Of a DNA stretch of 35,406 nt, positions 1 to 10,078 are shown in pieces. Numbering within the stretch: the first letter of the stretch is position 1; every line of letters starts with the position of its first letter. Below the pieces are notes generated by a model. That model worked only from the letters and a program-made list of their open reading frames with translations, ran no database searches and was not told where the DNA came from. The position numbers and the translations under genes were made by a program. Source of the DNA: Octopus bimaculoides (lineage: Eukaryota); the NCBI RefSeq assembly GCF_001194135.2, contig NC_068987.1, positions 60,164,922-60,200,327 of the forward strand, in the 5' to 3' direction.

Positions 1-144
1 TGTTTGTATTGTTAGTACAGTATATGTGTGTATACGTGTGCGTGTGTTTGTGTGAGTGCGTCTATGTGGTTTGTTCTTCTAAAAAAGTGAAACCGGTTAA
101 GTAAATAAATATTTTTAAAAAAATAAGTGCATTTTCAAACCTTC

Positions 145-182
<38 letters not shown>

Positions 183-649
183 GCATACACCCACACACAC
201 ATACATCTATCTAAATAACAGCCCACTAACTATTCTACTCTACCTGTGTAAACTGTGGGTATGGAGATATGATATCTACTATGTATATTTCCTATTAGAA
301 AAATAAAAAAGAAATATGTGGAAATTTTACCGGTCACTGTGTTAAATCATAAGGCACAAAAGGAAAGTGACTCTCCCCTGACACAACAGATTATCAACTA
401 CTTTTAAGCTAATAAATATTCAGTTGTCCACATAATTTATTGTAGTTTTTGTAACAGGAATGTGTGCTTAAAAAACCAGTCATGAACGAACAAATGTAAT
501 GAAGCATATACCATATCACTGAAGAGCAGAAATAAATTATAATCTTATTTAACCCTGCGTTTAAAAGGCAGTGTAAGTGTGTTGTTGGTGGTCTGTTAAG
601 AGAATATTATAAGTCCAGGCACATAAATACATACCAATGACTATATAAT

Positions 650-864
650 CTTTTCTACTCTAGGCGCAAGGCCCGAAATTTGGGGGGAGAGAGCCAGTCG
701 ATTAGATCGACCTCAGTACGCAAGCTGGTATTTAATTTATCGACCCCGAAAGGATGAAAGGGAAAGTCGACCTCGGCAGAATTTGAACTCAGAACCTAAA
801 GACAGACGAAATATCGCAAAGCATTTCGCCCAGAGTGCCAACGTTTCTGCCAGCTCGCCGCCTT
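650..864 (-). mobile_element. tRNA-derived SINE, family 1, full length
   Basis: The minus strand reads GGCGGCGAGCTGGCAGAA (A-box-like), then GAGTTCAAATTC (B-box-like), the central CCGAGGTCGACTTTCCCTTTCATCCTTTCGGGGTCGATAAA, and an AGAAAAGATTAT tail. It is flanked by a ~16-bp TSD, CCAATGACTATATAAT (634-649) / CCAATGGCTGTATAAT (865-880). Many homologues occur in the window. Confidence 0.9.
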
Positions 865-1199
865 CCAATGGCTGTATAATAGATAGGGACAGATGATGAT
901 AGTGATAAGTTAGAACACTTTAACAATTACCTTGTATGTGAATTAAATGTGTGGGATGAATGGATCTCAGATATATTACATATGTGTGTGTGTAAATGCT
1001 ATGCGAATCAGTGCAATAGAAATCTCCGATTCATTATCAAAACAATTTGATATACGCATGTCAATTTGATATATAAAGTAATTTATGGGCTGGTGTCCTC
1101 TTACATGTGAGGGATTTTTTCTGGTTTGACGAGGACCCGAGGGTCCTATGATATGTGGACCTATAGAGCTATTAGTTTTTTTAATGTTGGATTGTGGAG

Positions 1200-1875
1200 C
1201 GATAACTGTTCTCGTATTTAGCTTCTCTTTGTTTCCTTCGCTCCTTCTCTTTTCGCTCTCTGTTAATCTGTCCTTTTTATCTATTTTTGACTTACATAGT
1301 ATAGGCAAATATTTGTAAATAGTTTTAGGTTGTGTATAAATTCAGGATTTATTTTTGTATTTTCTAATCTATTTATCAAGCAGGACCCCATTGGCATGTA
1401 GAGAGCTTGTGACTGTAATTCTGTAATACATAAATTTGTTGCAATAGCTGAGTGTGGTCGTAGTCGTTACTTTACTCTATTAATTCAGACTGCAGTCTGA
1501 ACAAATTCCATTAGTAGTTAAATTTCTATTAGCTTAGAAGAGCAAATTGCTGGGATATACATTAGTATAGGAAATTACATTCTGGTTGTTTCTTTTGGAT
1601 AATGTTTCCTTGTTAGATTGCTAGAATATTGTTATGCTTCTTATTAACATATAATGAAAATTTTACAGGATTACTCTTAATATTATGCATCAGGGTGGTG
1701 AAATACCTGGCAAAATCGTTTGAGTTGGATAAAATATCTTTTCATATTTAATTACGTCTTTTTCAACCTTCTGAGATTGATAAAATATGATATCAATTAG
1801 ATACTGTAAGAGATAGTTGCCTCCTTCTAGATGTGTGGCATTGTGCTTATGATAGAAATCGTTACTATGCATCAT
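1200..1875 (-). mobile_element. Possible decayed L1/Tx1-like ORF2 C-terminal remnant
   Basis: Frameshifted, stop-ridden minus-strand frames give NLTTNGICSDCSLN...D(H)TLSYCNKF, resembling the C-x2-C...H-x4-C motif at the end of non-LTR ORF2. No RT motif was seen. Confidence 0.3.
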
Positions 1876-2049
1876 ATAGAGGCAATCGATGGAAGAATCG
1901 CTGAAGTGACAGTTTAAATATCTTGCGGTGTTTAGTTATGATGAACCTTTACTCTCATGCACCCATCATTTCGAGGTCAATAAAATAAGTGTGTTATGTA
2001 CTGATAGATATATTCCAATATATAGTCATCATAACAATATATATTAAAC

Positions 2050-2095
<46 letters not shown>

Positions 2096-2224
2096 GGTTT
2101 TTAACTTTTAAATTTGCATATTCAAAAGAGACAGAGACTTCAAACTCGATATATCGATTTATTCACCACTCTATGTCAACATTTCTGTGCCAAATTTATC
2201 CAGTGACTGGTCCATTGGATTTTG

Positions 2225-2580
2225 ACATTTGGCACTTCTTCAGGAATGGTTACCATCGGAACAAAACACGAAAAAACACATACATAACGATCATATTAAA
2301 TCTTATGCTATATTGGTAACGGTTGCTACATCCTCTGGAAAATTATATACATCCATAGTATTTCTAGTGCGCATGACAGGTTAACCCACAGCTACTTACT
2401 TCAGCACAGCAGCTCATGCCAAAGCCAAAACTCAAACTACAAAATGTCATCAAGTCAAAAGATCAAACCTCCAAATTCTAAAATATTCTTTGGGAAAATT
2501 TTAAAAAAGGTCCTAAAAGACATTTAAAGTTTATTTGAGAACTACTGCAAGTGCTTTGGAGAGTTAAGATAGCAAAGTCA
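2225..2580 (+). mobile_element. Possible decayed I/Nimb-group LINE C-terminal remnant
   Basis: Adjacent plus frames give LQEW...HIKS...VFLVRMTG / RLTHSYLL, resembling the RLRIGHxxLTHxYLL motif of I-group ORF2 C-termini. Confidence 0.3.
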
Positions 2581-3219
2581 TAAATGAAGCCTTAAATGGC
2601 TTGACTTTCGATTATTTGTTTCCCTCTTTTATTCCAGCGTATGGATCATTTTCCTTCATTTTCATTACAAACATAAACATATCGAAGAACTAAAAGACCG
2701 AATTCTGGTTGACTAAAATTAGGTTCATCCTCTTGTTTATCTCCATAACTTTCAGTCTTTCACTGTGTGTAGAAATATATCCCCGGCTGGTATTGAAAAC
2801 AAAATTTAACAATTGGAAAACTCTCAAAACCGAAGTATTCCAAGTTGTACGGTCAATTCAGATATCTTTTACGGGTCTCTTTGTTAATTGTAAACAGTTG
2901 CGTTTTTAGATATTTTGTGTCTTAATATATTGGTACTTTGAGAAAAAAACATGAGCCCATCATAATACCGCATATCCATCCCCATTTCTTATAATCACAA
3001 GATGTAACTATTATTTTTTCTTCGGTGCTTAAACTCATTCATATAGATTCCACTTTCGTTGAAACAAATAGTCTTTCTATCATGGTGAACAACACGATAA
3101 ACTAGAGAGACTTATAAATTATATAGCTGTCTTGCTGTTCATAGAAGTGAACCCACCCAACATTATCTTAATTTATTCCCAGTATGTTGAACTTGGATAC
3201 CGAGTTTCTTTCCCTAGAT

Positions 3220-3475
3220 GGAAAGTAAGTTAAGTAAAGCTCCTTCTCGAGTCATACGGATTTGTAGTCCTGGTTTCCATGACGTACATATTCCCCACTT
3301 GAACGGGACGCCCGTCTGTCGCAGGATTACTCATTTTTGTCAGTTGCGGGGGACTGGAGCAACGAGAACTGAAGTGTTTTGCTCAAGAGCACGACGCGTC
3401 ACCCAGTTCAGGAATCGAAACCACTATCTTACGATCATGAAACTAACACCATAACCACTAAGCCTCCTGTCTCCA
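3220..3475 (-). mobile_element. tRNA-derived CORE-type SINE, family 3
   Basis: The minus strand has a tRNA-like head (GGCTTAGTGGTT...GGTTTCGATTCC), a CORE-like GTGCTCTTGAGCAAAACACTT...GCTCCAGTCC...AAATGAGTA block, a further CCTGCGACAGACGGGCGTCCCGTTCAAG block and a CTTTACTT tail. TSD TTCCCTAGAT is at 3210-3219 and 3476-3485. Confidence 0.8.
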
Positions 3476-4399
3476 TTCCCTAGATATATTCCATTGCTAA
3501 CAACACAACTTAAGCTCATTATTTTGGATAGTTACAGCATTTTAAGTATTATTTCAACTTGCCGTTAACAAGTTTAATAGATTCACTTTTTCCAATATAA
3601 TCAATTTTTTTTTAATTACGACACTAATTAATTAAAACATAATCGATTTATTTGATGACGACGATATGCTTGTAGGCCATTTTATTCAATTTGTTTCATA
3701 CCTTCAGAGATTCTATGAAGAACTGGATCATTATAAATAGAATATTGTTTGCTGAATTAAATTTCGTTAGAGTATAAGAGATGTCTTTTCGGACTTAAGA
3801 CGGTTTGTTCAGCATTTTACAGATGCTAATTTCTATAAAAATTAAACTTGTCTCGCAAAATTAGCAGCTGTTCCAATCTTTTGAAGTTTATGTTCACGAG
3901 ATTGATATTATGAGCAATATTAGTGCCATACGATTTATCAAATTTACATCTGAAAAGATTTCATTTATAAATTCAAAGGTGATTGATTTGAGGTAATGCG
4001 GAATACGAGGCAATAAGAGTACTTCTTTTTGGTTATTGAGCTGCTAAACATAGAAGTCAAATATCCTCTAATAGCCTTTCTTAAAGAATAAATGAACCTA
4101 TTTTGAATGCTTTTGATCATAATTCTGCCCAGTCGGAGTTGAACAACAATGATAGCTTATTGATTGTTATATGCTAGCCCTGTCTTAACAACTACCTTTT
4201 GAGGATTCATTTTATGAATAATTTACGTTTTTTTTTTTTTTCTAATAATTTGAGTGATGTTGGAAATATGATTTTCACGTAGTGAATTAATTGATTAAAT
4301 GTACTACCGCCAAAAATGTAAATAGAAGCATTTCTTTCCTGTCAAGTGTCAACAACATTAAGGAAAATCAATCTGTATACAGAAACTGTGGGGTGAATA

Positions 4400-5040
4400 A
4401 ACAGTGACTATTTGTATATGGATGACCTCGAATTATACCTTAAGAAATGGGCAGTATACAGATTTAACAAAGGAATCGCAAAGAGATTTGAGTTTGAAGT
4501 TCGAAATTTTAAAATGGTGGGATGGGATGTATGGCTGTAAAATGGAAGCAATTGGAACCGAGCTATTATAGAAGACAGCTTAGAGAGGAAAAGAAAAAAA
4601 ATTAGTATCTTCTGGATTGATTACCGAAAAGTATTCAATCGTATACTACATTCATGGATACTGAAAACACAATAAATAAATCAGCTGATTACTAACAAAA
4701 TAAATCAATAGTGACATTACGATAAATAACATTTCCGCAACAAGACAGGGAGAAGATAATTAAAAACAGCGCCATACTCATAAAAAGAACCATTACCCAA
4801 GAAAACTCATTATTCCCCCATCCTTTTGCTAGTACGGATTCAGTTAAAAAGCTAATTACTAAAACTACCAACGGTTATAAATGTTATGAACAAACTATGA
4901 GCCATTTCCTTCATATGGATAATTCCAAAATATTTACAAAATATATTTAATTGAAAAACAATTAAAAATTGTTTATAAATTCTGCAAAGACATAAGAATG
5001 AATATGGAACTAGACAAATGTGTAAATTGTAAATTAACCT
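4400..5040 (+). mobile_element. Decayed R4/Dong-like (RLE-type) LINE, reverse-transcriptase fragment
   Basis: Frameshifted plus frames give WIDYRKVFNRILHSWIL, ITQENSLFP (cf. IFQGDSLSP), SHFLHMDNSKIF (cf. HLLYMDDLKLY) and FCKDIRMNMELDKC. A second YLYMDDLELY occurs at 4409-4438. Confidence 0.7.
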
Positions 5041-5503
5041 TTCATCGTTATTTTGTTTCTTATTTTTTTCACCACATCACACACTTCATAATTTATATTC
5101 GTAAGAACTCTTTATGCATGTATGTATCATTTTTATTTATACTTCAGTAAGCTTTCTTTCAAATAAAGTGGATGTTTCGTTAAACTCATCAAACTACCAT
5201 ACCTTGAAGTAGTCATTTTTTTTGTTTTCAACAGAGATATTTTTCTATGACTGAAAATTTATTGTATGGATAAGAAATGCTTCAAACGTTTTCCTTTTAT
5301 AGAGCAGATATCATTGCAGTCAAATACGTAGTGCACACCATTAGCTTTTCTATATACTCTTCTGTATGATTTCGTTTTTTCATTATTTCTGAGGTTGCTA
5401 CTTTGCGCAAGCTTATACCGTATTTCTATCATTTTCCTCACCATATTCTTCTTACATCATTGAGCATAATCTATAGCATTATTATCCTATTGGTTTATGT
5501 TCT

Positions 5504-5632
5504 TCCACCGAGGTCGACTTTGCCTTTCATACTTTCGAGGTCAATAAACTGTGTACCAGTGAAACACTGAGAGCGGTGTAACTGACTAGTCCCTACCCCA
5601 AAATTTCAGGCCTTGTGCCTATAGTAGAAAGG
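5504..5632 (+). mobile_element. 5'-truncated family-1 SINE inserted in copy A
   Basis: Contains CCGAGGTCGACTTTGCCTTTCAT...AGTAGAAAGGATTATT. A 26-bp TSD is at 5478-5503 and 5633-5658. The paralogous site near 16150-16180 is empty. Confidence 0.9.
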
Positions 5633-5789
5633 ATTATTATCCTGATGGTTTATGTTCTACTTGCTATCAATTTCATTTGGAAATGTGTAGCTTAATGTTG
5701 CATTATTCTATCCATTCGTTTTTTACTTCAATACACAACAAATATTATGTGAGCTTAGTTACGTGGTAAACTGAACTGACTGCAGTTTA

Positions 5790-5875
5790 TTACTGTTACT
5801 GATTGTATCTATCTTGGGTGGATGAAAGATAAAGTCGACTCCAGAGAGATTTGATCCCCGAACATAAATGGGACC
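5790..5875 (-). mobile_element. Old family-1 SINE remnant shared by both duplicated copies
   Basis: GGATGAAAGATAAAGTCGAC...GATTTGA is the reverse complement of the SINE centre. The same remnant occurs at ~16315-16395. Confidence 0.6.
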
Positions 5876-6103
5876 CTGAAATACTACTTCCTATTATGTC
5901 CGATATTCTAGCAGTTCTACCAAGACACTGCGTTAGTACGTTATCAAGAAATATGTCATCATTTGCAAGAAGATTATTATTATTCACATGCTACCTTTGT
6001 TGACTTCATTCATTCATGATGGAATAAATTACTTTACTTTGCCTTATTAGTGTTCCATAAATAGATGATCAGCCGTTTGCTCATATTACATTACTCACTA
6101 ATG

Positions 6104-7911
6104 ATTTTTATTAAAGCCTCAAGAGCCTAACACAGAGGGGACAGTACAAAGACAGACAGGATAGCACAGTGGGGACAAAAACATAAAACGAATGAAAAAT
6201 GGTAATACGTGCAATGAAATCAATGAATATGAAATGGCTGCATGCGCCCCAATCACATGCAGTACCATTTAAACGTTCTTACTGTCCGTTTATCATCAGT
6301 GTTGTGTTTATATCCTCTTTGCATCTTTTGACTTTACTCTTTTTTTAAAAAACACAAGTTACTCTTTTTAAAATAAAAAAACTTTTTATATAAGGCCCTA
6401 ATTAATTTAGTTCGACCACTGACGGTAGTTCGCTGAACTCTACCTCGTATGTTGGTGGTTCGAATCTGCATGTTTCCTTCCACCTGCTGTACTTTTCCTT
6501 GTCTATTAATATCGCCTTCACATTCTCTCCTTCGGTAACTTCACCCTTATAACTGATTTCATTTTTGTTGTCATTTTTTTCTGTGCACACATTTTTGTCA
6601 TATCTTACAAGATACCAATTGTGTTTTCTCCGTTTTTGTTTACTGTGTTCCGTTCTTGGCGTCACTTTATCCATTTCAGTCGTTGTCGCTTTTTCCTCTT
6701 GCTGCTGTTCCACTTCATAGGTTAAACAACCCTCCAGTCTGTTTGCTTCTGTCTTTTCCTCCTCCATAACTTCTTTCTCAACCTCCTTTTCTACCTCTCT
6801 CTCAATCTCGTTTTCAATCTCTTTTACAACTGCTTCCTCTATCTCCTCTGTTTCTTTCTTCTTTTTTCTGTCTCTCCGGCAGAGATCCCTTCCTTTTTCT
6901 TTTTTTAACCACTTTGAATCCCTCCTCTGCTTCTTTCTTCTCCTCATGTACCTCATCATTCACTCTCTCCTGCTCCTCCGACTGTTCCATTTCTTGTTCT
7001 TTTTCTTCTGTCTGGGGGCACCTCGCCTTCATATGGCCTTTCTCGCTACACAAATAACATCTGGGAGGCTTCCCTCCACCACTTCTTTCAATCTCACATC
7101 TTCTGGTAAAATGATTTCTTCTGAGATCTTGATCATATCACTCTCAGTTGTCTGAAGTGACATCTCGATCCCGTAAACCTATTAGTCCACCTTTCTCGTT
7201 CTTGTCACTCTTCGGATCCTGGCATCCTCTTCCATGTTGTGTATTATCGCTGCAACCAACCATGTCTCCTCTAATTCTGGTGGTACTTTTCCCACCCTTA
7301 CTCGGACAACTCTTTTGCCCAGTAAGTTGGTAGGAAAACCCACTCTTCCGATCTTATGGCATCAGTGAAGTGCCATATCGCTTCGACCTCACTATCGAAA
7401 CGCACCTCCACTGTGCCATATTTTCTTCCTCTTGTTATGAATATCGTCTTTTTAATCTCTTTTAAACTTTTCTCAATTTCTTCTATTGGTGCTACTTCAA
7501 TTTTCTTCGATGATATTTTGGGAGTTTTATAAATTATTGCTTTCCTCTTTACACTATGTATAAATTCGAGCGGAGGCGTCAACTTTAGATTGTGGCCTTC
7601 TTCTTCTAAAAGGTTGCCGCATTCCTTTAATATTTCCGGCTCGATTTTTCTTTCTCGTACCTCCAAATCTTGGACTTCGATACCTTTACCAGTTGCAGCC
7701 ACATAACTGTGGCTCTTGGCTGGTTCAGTTTCCATAATACTTCTCGTTGGTTCTCCCATAAATGGGAAGAAAAAAAAAACAATTAAAAAAATACTCGTGA
7801 GAGAAAACAGCAATTTAAAAACAGGAAACAAACGTGGTACACCCACAAGGGGAGACCTCCAGCAACAAAATATCACTCTTACTTCAAACGTAGATTTCAA
7901 CCATGAAATTA
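6104..7911 (-). mobile_element. Non-autonomous non-LTR retroelement encoding only ORF1 (HAL1-like)
   Basis: 17-bp TSD TACATTACTCACTAATG (6087-6103) / TACATTACTCAGTAATG (7912-7928). The element is absent from paralogous copy B. It has a ~150-nt 5' UTR, a disrupted ORF1 and a ~300-nt 3' UTR ending GCTTTAATAAAAAT. There is no room for endonuclease or RT, and there are no LTRs. Confidence 0.85.
6402..7759 (-). pseudogene. Gag-like/ORF1 nucleic-acid chaperone, ~450 codons, disrupted
   Basis: Joined frames: MGEPTRS..SHSYVAAT..RGRKYGTVEVRF (RNP1-like)..RVVRVRVGKVPPELEETWLVAAI..CYLCSEKGHMKARC (C-x2-C-x4-H-x4-C, 7018-7059)..KKRKRK..Glu-rich tail..SVVELN*. There are three apparent frameshifts (~7320, ~7065, ~6860) and TAA-TAG at 7179-7184. 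Confidence 0.85.
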
Positions 7912-8133
7912 TACATTACTCAGTAATGCGAACATCAATGATTATTTAATATTTAGCAATATTAATGCACTGCTACATGGACTGAGCTATTTCAATAGGT
8001 GTCATAGACAACACAGTTATAGATGAAGTAGGATTCAAACTATTTCCCTAACGTCTCACTGTTTGCTACGTTTTCCACTCCGAAATTTACGTTCCCCTTC
8101 TTTAAATTACGAATTAAATAACTTTGTACTCAC

Positions 8134-8630
8134 CTAGCTTTCTGGCAAACTCTTCATTTCTCTGATTATTAAACAAAAGTTCTTCGGGAAAAAAACAGAA
8201 CTTAGATTTAAAATATTCCTTTCTAAGATTTCGATATATGGCAAACTTCAACTTGGTTAATTACAACAAACCAATAATAGTAGAAAGGAATTACAACAAA
8301 ACAAGAACAATTTATAGTACACATAAATTTCTTTGCTTCGGGACTTAATAGAAGGTTTGCAGAATGTAAGAAGATAATATTAGAGAAGATTGTTTTCCCT
8401 AGTCGATGTTTTTCATAATTAGTTGAAGCGATTTAACCTTAAAAATGCCCCATAAAATGTCGATGTCGGATATAAAACATTCGAGTGATATAAATCTTGA
8501 CAGGTGTGTCCTGACAGTTAAATTATGTCGTTCACGCTTTATATAATTTTCTGAAGAAAATGACAGAGAACTGAAGAATCTAGATAGAAATTATTATATC
8601 AAGTGTAAGTTACTGTTTCGAAAACGTTAC
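8134..8630 (-). promoter_or_regulatory. Putative promoter plus non-coding first exon, copy A
   Basis: The best-conserved part of the duplication. It has minus-strand TATAAAT at 8310-8316, paired TGACAG at 8498-8503 and 8512-8517, and a donor CTAG|GTGAGT at 8134/8133. Function is inferred only. Confidence 0.35.
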
Positions 8631-8659
8631 CGGTAATTATTAGAAAGTAAAGCCTGGGT

Positions 8660-9575
8660 ATTATGATTGCATCAAATTAGTCTTTTAAGACTAACTTAAT
8701 GCAATCAGCTTTAGTTAATTTAATACTGACACCGAAAACATAGAATTAAACTCATTTAAATACTAAGGATTAAAGGAAACTCTAAAAGAGAAACGCAAAA
8801 GTTACAAGCAAGTTCACAAAAGAACTTTTCAAGCTAAACTGCAGTTTTAGACAGAAAAACGATAAAACTACTATCAGAGTTCCGAAGCTACAATCCCACT
8901 ATAGAAACAATGTATCTACCCTTCATACAGGAAGGCGACGCTTGGTATCAATAGAATAGTATCAAGCAACCAAATTGAAAGTGAGTAATGTAAAAATGAA
9001 TCGCGAAAAACGAGAATATTTTCTGTAAAATATAAGCAAACAGTGGAGTACAAACTCGAAATGCAACTAAAAACAGATTTAGATAAAGACAAGTCTCTGA
9101 TGAAATTAAGAACAGTAATATGCGAAAACGAAATGCAATTTCAAAATGTGTGTAAGAAAAATTAGTGAGAAAAAATATATATGGAGAAACAATAAAGTAC
9201 AGACTTGAAATACAATTGAAAAAAAGATTTAGATGAGAATAAATTTCAGAGGAGATTAAAAAATAGCAATAGGCAATAACGGGACACAGTTCCAAAATAA
9301 CTGTAAGAAAAATGAGAAAAACCACTCATATACCAATATTTCGCACTTAGCGAGAGAAAGAAGGAACAAAACTAGAAGATAGAATGGCTCAGAAGTTTTG
9401 AGCTAAAGTCAGAAACACAGTGTCTGATTTTAGGTAAAATCAGGTCTAAACATGCTTAGCTACAAAGAACTACAATGTAAAAAGATGATAACATCAAGTG
9501 CAGACAATGTAACCAGTACAAACAGACGGTTAATGCACTCATTTTCAACAGTTCAGTCCCTAGTAGGCCTTATAT
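8660..9575 (+). mobile_element. Decayed R4/Dong-like LINE, region from the end of RT to the CCHC motif
   Basis: Plus frames give SFKY*GLKE (cf. YKYLGI), MYLPFIQEG..LVSIE (cf. LYLPRxxGGRGL), WLRSFELKSETQCLI (cf. WL..LKxETEGFI) and DDNIKCRQCNQYKQTVN (RLE-type zinc motif). Confidence 0.72.
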
Positions 9576-9734
9576 ATTCCTAGATATAAACAAGATAGTA
9601 GCTTTGTCCAATGGGATACACGCCAACATTTATAAAACTATGTACAAAACAGTAAAGCTATATATGAAACAAAACTTCATACAAAACAAAATACTTGGCT
9701 GTGACTTTGAGCACAGTCAACTAAGTCATATCGT

Positions 9735-9738
<4 letters not shown>

Positions 9739-9789
<51 letters not shown>
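9739..9789. repeat. (CT)n microsatellite
   Basis: Perfect dinucleotide run. Confidence 0.97.
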
Positions 9790-9791
<2 letters not shown>

Positions 9792-10007
9792 AAGCAAACT
9801 GAGTTGAACGCTGTTGTTTATTTGCAACCAAATCAATCCTCATCGAGCAGACTAATGACTTTAGAAATTCTATTTATATGCATCCGCTGGCATTTCTATC
9901 TGATTTATAAACTCACTTAGAGACACAATTCCGAAGTCGACCACAATCTACAGCACTTTGAGCAAGTAAATTCACTGTAGTTTCCAGTTTCCTCCAAAAG
10001 CACCTCG

Positions 10008-10029
10008 TGTATATATACATATATATGTA

Positions 10030-10076
<47 letters not shown>
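10008..10076. repeat. (TA)n microsatellite (others at ~149-176, ~2054-2092, ~10482-10515, ~35380-35406)
   Basis: Direct observation. Confidence 0.95.

Positions 10077-10078
<2 letters not shown>

Larger units (their letters stand above)
5030..8655 (+). repeat. Duplicated segment, copy A (~1.6 kb native plus two later insertions)
   Basis: Colinear homology to 15790-17602, for example CTTACATCAttgAGCATAATCTATAGCATT, CCAGAGAGATTTGATCcCCGAACATAAATGGGA, AATAGATGATCAGCC and GATATAAATCTTGACAGgTGTGTCCTGACAGTTAA. Confidence 0.92.

Noticed and set aside
976-1308. 110-aa ORF
   Set aside because: It has a TTG start and no recognisable domain, and it is probably the tail of the decayed LINE-like region.
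1484-1501. Perfect 18-bp palindrome TTCAGACTGCAGTCTGAA
   Set aside because: Isolated, inside a putative LINE remnant, and with no second copy or functional context.
900-1875. The L1/Tx1-like remnant as the autonomous partner of the ORF1-only element
   Set aside because: No visible similarity between its downstream sequence and the element's 3' UTR, and the clade assignment is itself weak.
3702-3832. Candidate minus-strand exon (TTTTATAG|...MIQFFIESLK|GTATGA)
   Set aside because: Splice-like signals only, with no homology or paralogous support. Such sites are common by chance in AT-rich DNA.
8134-8260. Open minus-strand frame LTKLKFAIYRNLRKEYFKSKFCFFPEELLFNNQRNEEFARKL ending at a good splice donor
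   Set aside because: It has no in-frame ATG or clear acceptor, and the frame is not preserved in copy B (stop and indels). It was treated as a possible non-coding exon only.
5030-8655. Duplicated segment as a DNA transposon, Helitron or LTR pair
   Set aside because: No TIRs, no TC...CTRR ends, no TG...CA termini, and no gag-pol between copies A and B.
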